A DNA stretch of 59,130 bases from Candidatus Levyibacteriota bacterium (lineage in GTDB: Bacteria; Patescibacteriota; Microgenomatia; Levybacterales; UBA12049), in the NCBI GenBank assembly GCA_016199085.1, contig JACQHJ010000006.1:1-59130 (forward strand), given 5' to 3'. Below are positions 8,295-18,214 of the stretch, piece after piece. The notes under the pieces were generated by a model. It made no database searches. It saw nothing but the letters and a program-made list of their open reading frames with translations, and was not told the origin of the DNA. The number at the start of each line of letters is the position of its first letter. Position 1 is the first letter of the stretch. The translations under genes and the position numbers were made by a program.

Positions 8295-10061
8295 TTATTT
8301 GCTAAACCAGGCTTCCAAAATCTTTTTGGCAATGGGAGCTGCGACATTACTTCCCTCCCCGCTGTTTTCAGATAGAACCGTAATTATAACTTGAGGATTA
8401 TAGGCTGGTGCAAAAAGAGTTATCCATGCATGAGGTTTTTGGTTAGGAGTTGTTTCCGCAGTTCCAGTTTTACAGGCAACGACAATTTTTCGCATATCCG
8501 CAGAGCCCGATGCCGGATCAACCGCAAGGATATTCCTTCCATCCACTTTAAGATTTGCGTTTTTAACTTTAAAATTAAACAAAGGCCAGGCAACACCGGT
8601 TGGAGCACAGCTTTCTATCATTCCTTCTCTTATTAAACTAAAAGGCTTATCGTCCAAAAGGTCTTTTTCCAAAACATAGGGTTTTTCGTTCTTTAATAGA
8701 TGGGGTCTGAAAAGTACGCCCTTATTGGCTATTGCCTGTGCCCAGGCATTTACCTGAAGAGGCGTTGTGAGTAAAAAGCCCTGTCCGATTCCGTAATGAT
8801 ATGTGTCTCCCAAATACCACTGTTCTTTGATTACTCTTTCTTTCCATTCAACTGTTGGCAAAACTCCTTTTTCCTCTCCCACCAGATCAATCCCAAGGTT
8901 TTTACCAACGCCAAACTTACCAGCAGTATCAGAAATCGTATCTATTCCAGTTTTCTCAGCAAGTTTATAAAAGAAAATATCGTTTGACCGCTTTATTCCC
9001 TTAACCACATTTACAAATCCGTCTTTTCCTCCATAACCCGTGTAATACCAGTTTGCAAAAGAAAATTCTCCTATTTTTAATACACCCGTATCTTCCACTT
9101 CAAAGTTCTCATCAATAATATTGTTTTGTAAGGCGGCTGAAGCTACGACAATCTTGAAGGTCGATCCGGGAGGATATGTTCCGGAGATGCTTCTGTTTAA
9201 AAGAGGTTGATTCTCAAAGTCAAGTAAAATTGACTCCAGTGTTTTGTATGCACTGTCCGTTGCAGCCTTATAATCCTCTCCCAAAGTAAAAAGGTTTGGG
9301 TCAAAAGAGGGCTTGCTGACTAAAGCCAAGATCTCTCCTTTTGGAGTTGAGACAATTACTGCTCCTTTTTTAATGTCTTTAGCTGCTTCGTAGGTTTTTA
9401 ACTGAAGATCAATATCCAAAGTTAAAGTTACATTTTCTCCGGCAACGGGCTCGTCTCTTCCCAAGTTTCTAATAGTATTTCCTTTTGCGTCTATTTCAAA
9501 AAGTTCTCTTCCGTCAACCCCTTTTAATTTTGCCTCAAATACTCTCTCGATCCCATCTTTTCCTAAAACGTCGTTTACTGCATAGTCAGAAAAAAGAGGA
9601 TCTTTTAGCTGGTCCTCACTTATTTGACCCAAGAAGCCTAGTACATGGGAGACTGCGTCCCTGTATTGGTACTTTCTCAAAGTATCAATCTCTAGATTGT
9701 TTTTACCCTTTGCAATTTGCTCGAGTGCTTTCTCTTGAGGAACAAATATTGTCTTACCGTTAACGTTTTCCCTAAAACCGGGGATATTATAAACCAGAGG
9801 TTTTTGGTTTCTGTCAAAGATTATTCCCCTTGGAGCGTGTATTACGACTGTCTTTGTCCTATTTGAATCCGAAAGCCCCCTGTAATATGAGCCTTTGACA
9901 ATTTGGAGATAAAAGGTTCTTGAGATTAAAACCACAAAAAAGACAATAAAAAGTAAAGGCAAAAACATCTGCCTTGCGCTAATTTTTACGTTACTCCATT
10001 GTCTTTTGCTGGATACCTCTGAAATTATGCTTTCAGAAAAAGCATCTGTTGGCCTAATCAT
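8295..10061 (-). CDS. mrdA: Penicillin-binding protein 2 (elongasome transpeptidase)
   Basis: It has an N-terminal TM anchor and the SxxK (PGSTFKIV), SxN (RSNDIFF) and KTG (CKTGTAE) motifs. It lies in an operon with mreCD. Confidence 0.9.
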   Translation of the reverse strand: MIRPTDAFSESIISEVSSKRQWSNVKISARQMFLPLLFIVFFVVLISRTFYLQIVKGSYYRGLSDSNRTKTVVIHAPRGIIFDRNQKPLVYNIPGFRENVNGKTIFVPQEKALEQIAKGKNNLEIDTLRKYQYRDAVSHVLGFLGQISEDQLKDPLFSDYAVNDVLGKDGIERVFEAKLKGVDGRELFEIDAKGNTIRNLGRDEPVAGENVTLTLDIDLQLKTYEAAKDIKKGAVIVSTPKGEILALVSKPSFDPNLFTLGEDYKAATDSAYKTLESILLDFENQPLLNRSISGTYPPGSTFKIVVASAALQNNIIDENFEVEDTGVLKIGEFSFANWYYTGYGGKDGFVNVVKGIKRSNDIFFYKLAEKTGIDTISDTAGKFGVGKNLGIDLVGEEKGVLPTVEWKERVIKEQWYLGDTYHYGIGQGFLLTTPLQVNAWAQAIANKGVLFRPHLLKNEKPYVLEKDLLDDKPFSLIREGMIESCAPTGVAWPLFNFKVKNANLKVDGRNILAVDPASGSADMRKIVVACKTGTAETTPNQKPHAWITLFAPAYNPQVIITVLSENSGEGSNVAAPIAKKILEAWFSK

Positions 10062-10470
10062 TTGTATTTTGTTTTTTTGTCAATTTTTTAAAAATCTCAA
10101 ATAAAACCAAAGAGATAAGCATAGAAACAAGGGATTGAATAATGACATTTCCTCTTTGGAAAAGTAATAAAAACGTCAAGCTGCTTAAAGCAGTGGCAAA
10201 AGCTATAAAGTACCTATTGTATATTTCAAACTTTTTCTCATAAATAAGTATTAAAAAGACCAAAAAGGTGAAAAAAAGGCTTGATAGTCCTATTTGGCTA
10301 AAACTTAAGATATCTAAAAAAATTCCAAAGATAAAGAAAAGTAAAAATATACTGTAATCTCTAAAAATTACCGTTGAAACGACTAATATTGCAATTGTAA
10401 ATGGAATTGTTGTTATTGAATTTTCCAAAATTAAAGCAATGAAAAGCAAAATTATTAAAAGTAGCTTCAT
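10054..10470 (-). CDS. mreD: Rod shape-determining protein MreD (by position and topology)
   Basis: 138-aa polytopic membrane protein lying between mreC and mrdA, with start/stop overlaps on both sides. Confidence 0.6.
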   Translation of the reverse strand: MKLLLIILLFIALILENSITTIPFTIAILVVSTVIFRDYSIFLLFFIFGIFLDILSFSQIGLSSLFFTFLVFLILIYEKKFEIYNRYFIAFATALSSLTFLLLFQRGNVIIQSLVSMLISLVLFEIFKKLTKKQNTND

Positions 10471-11258
10471 TAAAGTCCCTTAACTACAAAGACAGTAGAA
10501 AGATTACTAAAATCTAAGAGCGACTTTACTTTTGCAACCTGGAAAAGATCGCTTGGATTTTTATTGACAGACAAGATTTTGCCAATAACCAAACTTGGCA
10601 TAATACCTCTTTCCAGATCCCCTTCTCCTTTTGTCAAAACCAAATCATCCTGCTTTAATGCTTGGGATAAGATAACATTATCCAAAATCAACTCTCCCCC
10701 TCCTTGTCCTTTTACTACACCCTGGGCTTTTGTTTGAAAAGTTTCGGATATAACTGAAAAGTTGGAATTTGTTACAAGGATAATTTTAGATGCGTTACCG
10801 CTTACTTCTTGGATTTTCCCGATTAAATTATCTTTGTAAACTACAGCCATGCCTTTTTTGACTTGATCTTTTTCTCCTTTATCAATAACTAATGTTTCGG
10901 GAAGATTGACTCCCGGAATAAAGGAAGGAGAGCTTATGACACGAGCTTCTAAAAGCTGTTGGGTTTTTGGGTATTGGATACTAAACTGATCTCTTAAGGC
11001 TTTGTTGTCAGATGTAATTTTCCCCTGGTCAACTATTTTTCGCGTTAATTCCAGATTTTGCTTTTTTAAATCATTTATTTCTTTATTTTGTCCAAACCCC
11101 AAAAAGATATTGTGCGTTAAAGACTGGACCGGGGAAAAGATGTTTTGGACAAAAGAGGAAACGGGTTGAAATATCGGGAGTTTAAAAAGAAAAAATATGA
11201 GGATAGAAAGAGTTAAGAAAAGTACAAAAATATAGATCCAATTTTTTCTTTTTTGCAT
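10470..11258 (-). CDS. mreC: Rod shape-determining protein MreC
   Basis: It has an N-terminal TM helix, a coiled-coil segment (LKKQNLELTRKIVDQ) and beta-barrel-like repeats (GMAVVYKDNLIGKIQEV, GIMPSLVIGKILSV). It is adjacent to mreB and mreD. Confidence 0.8.
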   Translation of the reverse strand: MQKRKNWIYIFVLFLTLSILIFFLFKLPIFQPVSSFVQNIFSPVQSLTHNIFLGFGQNKEINDLKKQNLELTRKIVDQGKITSDNKALRDQFSIQYPKTQQLLEARVISSPSFIPGVNLPETLVIDKGEKDQVKKGMAVVYKDNLIGKIQEVSGNASKIILVTNSNFSVISETFQTKAQGVVKGQGGGELILDNVILSQALKQDDLVLTKGEGDLERGIMPSLVIGKILSVNKNPSDLFQVAKVKSLLDFSNLSTVFVVKGL

Positions 11259-11296
11259 GGAACCATTTTAGCCTTTTTGCAGTATCTATACAAGTT

Positions 11297-11742
11297 CTAA
11301 GAAGTTTGTAGTTTATTAATTAAGCCGTCTACTTTTTCTTTTATTCTCTCAAATGTTTCCTCAGTTTTTTTCATTCTTTCCAAATCCGTATTAAGATTTG
11401 GAAATTTATCCAAATCTCTTATATCCCAGATCTCATACTCTCTGGAATTAAATCCAAGGTTTTCCCTACAGAATTTATACATGTATCTTTCCATGAAAAT
11501 CGTATAGTCGCCATTTGCTAGAAGCTCTTTTGAGGTTTTCTGAAAGGTAAGCTCATAAAACTGGGGAGTTTGTTTTTCTCAATAAGTCTTTGCGCTAACC
11601 AACATATTGGACCAAGTAGGTCATCACCCGCTACAATTCCGCTTGAAAAACACGTAAGGTTTTTAGATGTTTTGGAGTTGAAATATACCTCACAAAGCCT
11701 ACTTCTGTATACGTTTCCAGCACAAACAAAATGAATTTTCAT
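11297..11742 (-). pseudogene. Low-molecular-weight phosphotyrosine phosphatase/ArsC-like gene, interrupted by a frameshift
   Basis: The 5' ORF (11518-11742) carries the CX5R(S) P-loop VCAGNVYRS. The 3' ORF frame is open from 11578 and supplies the rest of the fold (DYTIFMERYMY...WDIRD). The two frames join at an A5 run (11573-11577). Confidence 0.7.
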
Positions 11743-11746
11743 ACTT

Positions 11747-12850
11747 TTAGGAAAGGCCGCCGATTACTTTTACTCTGTTTAAAAGATTCTCGTCTTCCAA
11801 TACTTTTCCGGTTCCTCGGACAACTGACGTTAACGGATCTTCGGAAAGCATTACGGGAATATGGATTCTCTCTATTATCAAATGGTCAAGTCCAAAAAGC
11901 TTTGATCCTCCGCCTGTTAAAAGTATTCCGTGCTCTAAAATATCACTTGTAAGCTCGGGTGGCGATTCCTCTAGGATATCGGCAATAGAATCAACTATCT
12001 GGGTTAGAACAGGAGATAACGCTTCCCTTACCTCAACTTCCGTAATCTTTAGACTTTTGGGAAGACCTGTTTCAATGTCTCTTCCTCTGATGATTGCTAC
12101 CTTTTCGCTATTTTTATCATCCTTTTGGACCTCGTCTTCCTTGACCGGCCTTGGTTTTGGTTTGTGGCCTTGATATGCACTTCCGATTGAAAGTTTTAAA
12201 TCCTCTGCTGTTTTCTCTCCTATTAAAAGACCGTGTCTAAGTCTTATGTAATGGGAGATTGCACTATCCATCTCGTCTCCTGCGACCCGAAGGGATTTCC
12301 CAACAACTATTCCACCTAAAGAAATAACGGCAATTTCGGTAGTTCCTCCTCCGATATCAACTATCATGACTCCTTTGGGAGAAAAAACAGATATTTCTTC
12401 ACCGATTGCCGCTGCCATTGGTTCTTCTATTAGATATGCCTGTCTTGCACCGGCTGACAAAGCCGCTTCCCAGACTGCCCTTCTTTCAACTTCTGTAACG
12501 GCTGAGGGGATTCCGATTACTACACGGGGCCTTGAAAAAGCAGTGGGGATGGTTCCTCCGACTTCGTGTACTTTTTGAATGTAGTATGAAATCATAGCAA
12601 GTGTTGCATCAAAATCCGAGATAACTCCACCCCTTAAAGGTCTTACGGTAATAATTGATGCGGGAGTTTTTCCGATCATTTTCTTGGCCTCTGTTCCTAT
12701 GGCGATAACCTTTTTGGTTTTTTTGTGCATGGCAACAACAGAGGGTTCTCTGATTACAATTCCCTTTCCTCTGACAAAAACCAAAGTGTTTGCGGTTCCA
12801 AGATCAATGCCGATATCGTGGGAAAAAAGTGAAAAAAACTTATCTAACAT
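11747..12850 (-). CDS. mreB: Rod shape-determining actin homologue MreB (copy 1, with an insertion)
   Basis: Actin-fold motifs are present: IGIDLGTANTLV, MIVDIGGGTTEIAVISLGG and LTGGGSKL. An extra segment of about 20 residues (HKPKPRPVKEDEVQKDDKNSEK) is absent from copy 2. Confidence 0.93.
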   Translation of the reverse strand: MLDKFFSLFSHDIGIDLGTANTLVFVRGKGIVIREPSVVAMHKKTKKVIAIGTEAKKMIGKTPASIITVRPLRGGVISDFDATLAMISYYIQKVHEVGGTIPTAFSRPRVVIGIPSAVTEVERRAVWEAALSAGARQAYLIEEPMAAAIGEEISVFSPKGVMIVDIGGGTTEIAVISLGGIVVGKSLRVAGDEMDSAISHYIRLRHGLLIGEKTAEDLKLSIGSAYQGHKPKPRPVKEDEVQKDDKNSEKVAIIRGRDIETGLPKSLKITEVEVREALSPVLTQIVDSIADILEESPPELTSDILEHGILLTGGGSKLFGLDHLIIERIHIPVMLSEDPLTSVVRGTGKVLEDENLLNRVKVIGGLS

Positions 12851-12943
12851 AAAAGACTTAGTTAATCTATAGTTTCAATTGGTAGTTATAATATCATCTT
12901 GCGAGGAGTTTTCCAATATGTTAGGATAATTCCACCCTGTTAA

Positions 12944-15436
12944 ATGAAATTATTAAACCTATTAAATAAAACTATTGAGTACTCCTTTTATCTTCTCTTC
13001 TTTTTAGTCCCTCTCGCTCTAACCGGAGACACTTCTGAGCTTTATGAATTTAATAAACTTTGGGTAACCTTTATTTTAACAATAATAATTGGAACTGCCT
13101 GGATTTTAAAAATGGTAGTAAAAAGGGAGTTTCGAATTCAAAAAACTCCTCTAGATATACCAATTGCCATATTTACGGTTTCTCTTATTCTTTCAACGAT
13201 CTTTTCGTTAGATACTCATACTTCTTTATGGGGATATTATTCAAGGTTTAATGGAGGACTTTTTTCAATGCTTTCATATATCTTTTTATACTATGCCTTT
13301 GTCTCAAACTACAAAGATCTAACCAGAGACGAGGAAGAAAAAGAGATAAAGGCCTCCCAAATACTTTTGTTTCTAGGGGCAGTTTCTTTGTTTTTTGCAG
13401 GAAACTTTATTGCAGCACAAACAGTCAAAATGGGGGGAACCTCAACTATTCCTTTTCAGATGTTAATTTCTCTAGTTACCGCAATTTCTTCTTTGGCAAT
13501 TTTTGCAAAAGCAATAAAAGGAAGCTTTTTAATCAAATCCTTCTTTGCAATTTTGACTTCTGCCGCAGTCGTAGTTTTATGGGGACTTCCCTCGCATTTC
13601 GGCTATGATCCAACGTGTTTACTGTTTAGGGGAACTTTTGATGTTTCCTGTTGGACAGTTGATTTCCAACCTAAAATAAGAGTCTTTTCAACATTGGGAC
13701 AGCCCGCTTGGCTGGCTGCATATCTTGCCGCCTTAATTCCCTTAATAACTGCAATTTTTATTAATTTTCTAAAAGAAAGGAAACTTTCCCCTAAACAAAA
13801 TCCTTTCAAAAACTACAATCTTTTCTACAGCACGTTTCTTTTTCTTTTTATCGCAGTCTCTTACTTAATGCTTTTATATACTCTTTCAAGAGGCGCTGTC
13901 ATAGCGATCTGGATTGAGATTTTGCTTTTGGCAGCTTTTTACTTTTGGTTTTATGTTAAACCAAGGCTTACCAAACAAAAGATTGCAGTTGATTTTAAAA
14001 TAGCAGTTGCTCTACTTATAACAATAGCCGCCATTACTTTTTTCAACGGACAACCATTTGGATTTTTGGATATCTTCACTTTTAAAGGAATTCAAGAAAA
14101 ACTTACAGTTAAGCCCGCGGGACAAACAAACCAGCCAACAAAACCAACCCCTACTCCCGTACCAGCCTCAACAGGAGAGCTAGGTGGAACGGATTCGGGT
14201 ACGATCAGGTTATATGTTTGGAGAGGTGCGGTTGATATTTGGAAACACTATCCTATTTTTGGCTCAGGACTTGAGACCTATGCCTTTGCCTATTATCAGT
14301 TCAAACCCCAGGGGCACAACTTAACTTCCGAATGGAACTATTTATATAACAAGGCTCATAACGAGTTTTTAAATTATCTGGCAACAACCGGGACACTTGG
14401 CATAGCCTCCTATCTTTTTCTTATCGGCTCATTTGTATTTATCTCCCTAAAACACCTAATGACAAGGCTTAAGAATCCAACCAAAGAAGACCTTTTAATC
14501 TATGCACTTTTATTAGGATATTTAGGAATTCTGATTACCAATTTCTTTGGCTTTTCGGTTGTATATATCAATATTTTGTTTTTCATGTTTCCCGCTTTTG
14601 TTTTTATTCTTGCCCAAAAAATAGACTTTGAAAAATCATATCAGCTTTCTTTTAACACAAATAAAACTGAGGTTTATGCTCTTTCCAATCCGCAAAAGGC
14701 TGTCTTTATTGTAGTTACTCTTGTATCTCTCTATCTTCTTTTTGTCCTGGCAAGATTCTGGCAGGCTGACAGATACTATTATCTTGGCTACAATCTGGAC
14801 AGAAGCCAGGATTATCAAAATGCATATCAGTATCTTCAGCTTGCAGTCGCCACAAGGCCAAGCGAACCGGTTTTCAGAGACGAGTTGGCGTTAAATAACG
14901 CAATCGTCGGCTCGGCAATTCTCTATCAAAACCAAACGCAGGAAAAACCCGATGAGCAAACCGCAAAATTTGGGCAGCAATTAATACAAAACGCAATTGA
15001 TACAAGCGATAAGCTTATATTGGAACATCCAAGAAATGTCGTGTTTGTAAAAACAAGGGTAAGAATCTTTTATACACTTTCCCAGATTAATCCTGGGTAT
15101 GCTGTCCAAGCTTTGGATGCAGTTAAAAAAGCAGCCATTCTTGCACCCACTGACGCCGATGTCTCGTATAATCTTGGGGTTTTGCTTGGCCAAAACGGAG
15201 ATATTGAGAAAGGCATTAAGGAGCTTAAGCGCACTTTAGAGCTAAAACCGGATTATACAAACGCACATTATGCGCTCGGCATCTTCTACCATCAGCTTGC
15301 AATTAACGACAAAGATCAGGTTGTAAACAGGGAATTTGCTCAGAAAGCAATTGATATTATGAAAAACCTTATAAAAACATATGGTCCAAACGAACAGGCG
15401 CAAACCGCAATCGATACATGGGAAAAACAGCTTTAA
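12944..15436 (+). CDS. O-antigen ligase/polymerase-like polytopic membrane protein with C-terminal TPR repeats
   Basis: 830 aa with more than 10 TM helices. It has a Wzy_C-like loop (LSRGAVIAIWIE...HNEFLNYL) and C-terminal TPR-like repeats (YNLGVLLGQNGDIEKGIKELKRTLELKPDYTNAHYALGIFY). Confidence 0.7.
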   Translation: MKLLNLLNKTIEYSFYLLFFLVPLALTGDTSELYEFNKLWVTFILTIIIGTAWILKMVVKREFRIQKTPLDIPIAIFTVSLILSTIFSLDTHTSLWGYYSRFNGGLFSMLSYIFLYYAFVSNYKDLTRDEEEKEIKASQILLFLGAVSLFFAGNFIAAQTVKMGGTSTIPFQMLISLVTAISSLAIFAKAIKGSFLIKSFFAILTSAAVVVLWGLPSHFGYDPTCLLFRGTFDVSCWTVDFQPKIRVFSTLGQPAWLAAYLAALIPLITAIFINFLKERKLSPKQNPFKNYNLFYSTFLFLFIAVSYLMLLYTLSRGAVIAIWIEILLLAAFYFWFYVKPRLTKQKIAVDFKIAVALLITIAAITFFNGQPFGFLDIFTFKGIQEKLTVKPAGQTNQPTKPTPTPVPASTGELGGTDSGTIRLYVWRGAVDIWKHYPIFGSGLETYAFAYYQFKPQGHNLTSEWNYLYNKAHNEFLNYLATTGTLGIASYLFLIGSFVFISLKHLMTRLKNPTKEDLLIYALLLGYLGILITNFFGFSVVYINILFFMFPAFVFILAQKIDFEKSYQLSFNTNKTEVYALSNPQKAVFIVVTLVSLYLLFVLARFWQADRYYYLGYNLDRSQDYQNAYQYLQLAVATRPSEPVFRDELALNNAIVGSAILYQNQTQEKPDEQTAKFGQQLIQNAIDTSDKLILEHPRNVVFVKTRVRIFYTLSQINPGYAVQALDAVKKAAILAPTDADVSYNLGVLLGQNGDIEKGIKELKRTLELKPDYTNAHYALGIFYHQLAINDKDQVVNREFAQKAIDIMKNLIKTYGPNEQAQTAIDTWEKQL

Positions 15437-15453
15437 TGCTATAATTAAGGCAA

Positions 15454-15996
15454 ATGTTAGAAATATTAAATGCCCCTACGGAGGTTTTATCTAAAAAAGC
15501 GAATCCTATCAACAAAATAGATAGCTCTATTCTTGTCTTTATAAAACAAATGGGTGAAGCTTTGGAGGCGGCAACCGATCCGATTGGAGTAGGTCTTGCA
15601 GCTCCCCAGGTTGGTAAATCCCTTCGTCTTTTTATAGTAAAACCAAAAGTAAACTCAAAAATAATTGCTTTTATTAATCCAAAAATTATTAACCAAAAAC
15701 CTCTTGTAAAGACAAAAAAGGGGCAAAAGCACAAAAAACTCGAAGGATGCCTCTCGTTAAAAGATATCTGGGGAGAGGTGGAAAGATTTCCCGAGATTAC
15801 TCTTGAATACCAAGATGAAGAAGGCACTAAACACATTAAAGTATTTAACGGATTTATGGCAACCATAATTCAGCATGAAATAGACCATCTGGAAGGTGTA
15901 CTTTTCCCAAAAAGAGTTTTGGAGCAAAAAGGAACGCTTTATAAAAGCGAAAAAGACGAAAAAGGCCAAGACGTCTTTGAAGAAATAAAAATTTAG
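15454..15996 (+). CDS. def: Peptide deformylase
   Basis: Motifs GVGLAAPQVG, EGCLS and QHEIDHLEG. Confidence 0.93.
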   Translation: MLEILNAPTEVLSKKANPINKIDSSILVFIKQMGEALEAATDPIGVGLAAPQVGKSLRLFIVKPKVNSKIIAFINPKIINQKPLVKTKKGQKHKKLEGCLSLKDIWGEVERFPEITLEYQDEEGTKHIKVFNGFMATIIQHEIDHLEGVLFPKRVLEQKGTLYKSEKDEKGQDVFEEIKI

Positions 15997-15999
15997 CTT

Positions 16000-16851
16000 A
16001 TGAAAACTGTATTTTTTGGAGGATCCTCTTATGTAATTCCAATCATTGAAGTCCTTAGAAAAGACTTTGGTTTAAGCCTTGTCGTTGTAAAAAACAAAGA
16101 CGATCCTTTAATAAATTATTGCAAGTTAAACACAATACCATTTGAGATTAACGGTCATCTTAAGTATGCTTTGGAAGAAGCTTGGGAAAATGACACGAAA
16201 ATCTTAAATAAAGATTTTGATCTTGGAATAGTTGCGGATTATGGAGTTTATATTCCAAATGACATTTTAACTTTTTATCCAAAAGGGATTTTAAACATCC
16301 ATCCGTCAATCTTGCCAAAATTCAGAGGACCAACCCCGGTTCAGACTGCAATTTTGTCCGGTGAGACAAAAACAGGCGTAACAATTATTAAAATTGATAA
16401 TAAAATTGACCACGGTCCAATTCTTGCGCAAAAAGAATTTCAAATCTTGAAGAGTGAGACTTCGCAAGACTTACTTAAAAAACTATTCCAAGAAGGCTCA
16501 ATTTTACTCAAAGAAGTTTTACCTAAATATATAAATGGCACAGTGGTACCGAAAATCCAAGACGACTCAAAAGCAACCTTCACCAGAATTTTTGTTAAAG
16601 ATGACGGCCTGATTAATATTGATGACATTCTAAGCTTTGAAAAACTTGAAGCTATGATAAGCGCATATTTCCCCTGGCCAGGAGTATGGACAAAAACAAG
16701 TGTAGGAAGAGAAAATGAAAGAATAATTAAATTTCTACCAAATAAAAAAATACAAGTAGAGGGTAAAAAGGAGATGTCATATAAAGATTTCCTAAATGGC
16801 TATCCTGATGCAGATGTAAACTTAAAAGAATTTTTAAGAAAACATGCTTAA
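16000..16851 (+). CDS. fmt: Methionyl-tRNA formyltransferase
   Basis: It has the formyltransferase core LNIHPSILPKFRGPTPVQTAIL and the C-terminal domain pattern PWPGVWT. It lies immediately downstream of def. Confidence 0.9.
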   Translation: MKTVFFGGSSYVIPIIEVLRKDFGLSLVVVKNKDDPLINYCKLNTIPFEINGHLKYALEEAWENDTKILNKDFDLGIVADYGVYIPNDILTFYPKGILNIHPSILPKFRGPTPVQTAILSGETKTGVTIIKIDNKIDHGPILAQKEFQILKSETSQDLLKKLFQEGSILLKEVLPKYINGTVVPKIQDDSKATFTRIFVKDDGLINIDDILSFEKLEAMISAYFPWPGVWTKTSVGRENERIIKFLPNKKIQVEGKKEMSYKDFLNGYPDADVNLKEFLRKHA

Positions 16852-17248
16852 GATAAACTGGAAACTTGTATTCTCTTTTTGGGCAACTCTATTTATTCCC
16901 TTTTTATATCTGGTTAATATTTATGTGGCTGCTAACTTTGGGAATACAATTGCAATACCACCTGCACTTAGATTTCTAGGGATTGTTTTAGGCGTAACCG
17001 GAATAGTACTTTGGATTGTAAGCTATATAAACTTAGGTCTTGCATTCGGAGTCTTACCTCAAAAACAAAAGAGGATTAAAAGAGGTTTATATAAATACTT
17101 TAATCACCCGATGTACATGGCAATATTTTTAACCTTTCTGGGATTAAGCATTGCAAACGCGTCATGGCAAGGACTTATCTTTCTAAACATAATCATTCTT
17201 CCGCTTCTTTTTGTAAGAGCTTTCCTTGAGGATAAAAGATTAAATTAG
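16844..17248 (+). CDS. ICMT/PEMT-family membrane methyltransferase-like protein
   Basis: 134 aa with 4 TM helices. The C-terminal motif GLYKYFNHPMYMAIFLTFLG matches the G-x-Y-x3-RHP-x-Y family signature. Confidence 0.55.
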   Translation: MLKINWKLVFSFWATLFIPFLYLVNIYVAANFGNTIAIPPALRFLGIVLGVTGIVLWIVSYINLGLAFGVLPQKQKRIKRGLYKYFNHPMYMAIFLTFLGLSIANASWQGLIFLNIIILPLLFVRAFLEDKRLN

Positions 17249-17493
17249 GCAACTACTGGGGTAACTTGAGGCTGATTTTCAACAATCACTTCTTGGCTTT
17301 TAACTTTTGGGGCTTTGAAAAGTCTTAGGCATTTTGTACAAAGTCTCATTGTTTTATAAACTCCGGAAACCTTCACCCTTGATCTATGAAGATTTGGTTT
17401 AAAAATCTTTCTTGTTCTGTTTTTTGCATGAGAAACATTATGTCCGTACATAATGCCTTTGCCACAATTATCACATTTGTTTCCTTTTGTCAT
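17245..17493 (-). CDS. rpmB: 50S ribosomal protein L28 (C-terminally extended)
   Basis: MTKGNKCDNCGKGIMYGHNVSHAKNRTRKIFKPNLH matches the L28 signature. The start is set at the internal Met (MTKG), not at the 16-codon upstream extension of the ORF track. Confidence 0.85.
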   Translation of the reverse strand: MTKGNKCDNCGKGIMYGHNVSHAKNRTRKIFKPNLHRSRVKVSGVYKTMRLCTKCLRLFKAPKVKSQEVIVENQPQVTPVVA

Positions 17494-17572
17494 TTGGTAA
17501 TTATAGCTTAAATTAACTACCTTTTCAATAATCGGTGGCAATTGTTTGTGATTTGTAGTATTTTATATAAAT

Positions 17573-18214
17573 ATGGATTTAACGTTTGCCGTTATTACAA
17601 TTATCATCCTTGTCTATAGTGCAATTCTCCATGAGATCGCCCACGGATACGTTGCATATAGATTAGGTGACCCGACTGCAAAACTCTTGGGAAGATTAAC
17701 TCTTGATCCAAGACCTCACATTGATCCTATTATGAGCATAGCCCTGCCTTTGATTTTAATTTTATCAGGCTCTCCTGTAATTTTTGGAGCTGCAAAGCCT
17801 GTTCCAGTTGATGGGTTTAATCTTCGAGATGGCAGAAAAGACATTGCAATAGTCTCTCTTGCCGGCCCAGCTACAAACTTTTTAATCGCAGCCATTGGTG
17901 CCTTACTTATCAAACTTGTCTTAATATCGCCAATTGAACCTAATATTACAGTCATGCTGCATTGGCTTTTATTAACCATAGTCAGACTTAATCTTTTACT
18001 TGGCATATTCAATCTAATTCCCATTCCGCCACTTGACGGATCAAAAGTATTTGCTCTTTTGCTTCCTGAAAAAGAAGCAGCAGCTTATCTTTCAATCGGA
18101 AGCATTGGAATCTTTATTCTCTTTTTTCTTCTTATGTTTCCGATCGGAGGATTTTCTTTGGGAGAATTTATTTTCAATCTTTTAACCTTCTCGGAAAAAC
18201 TACTGGGAATTTAA
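17573..18214 (+). CDS. Peptidase M50 (site-2 protease-like) membrane metalloprotease
   Basis: It has the HExxH motif (LHEIAHGY) in a TM helix, GRLTLDPRPHIDP, and the second motif NLLLGIFNLIPIPPLDGS. Confidence 0.8.
   Translation: MDLTFAVITIIILVYSAILHEIAHGYVAYRLGDPTAKLLGRLTLDPRPHIDPIMSIALPLILILSGSPVIFGAAKPVPVDGFNLRDGRKDIAIVSLAGPATNFLIAAIGALLIKLVLISPIEPNITVMLHWLLLTIVRLNLLLGIFNLIPIPPLDGSKVFALLLPEKEAAAYLSIGSIGIFILFFLLMFPIGGFSLGEFIFNLLTFSEKLLGI

Noticed and set aside
11731-11952. A 73-aa plus-strand ORF spanning the mreB 3' end
   Set aside because: It lies antisense to mreB and to the start of the phosphatase gene, and it has no support.
15369-15866. A 165-aa minus-strand ORF overlapping def
   Set aside because: It lies entirely antisense to a high-confidence peptide deformylase gene and to the end of the 12944 gene. 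It has no motifs and is most likely a chance ORF.
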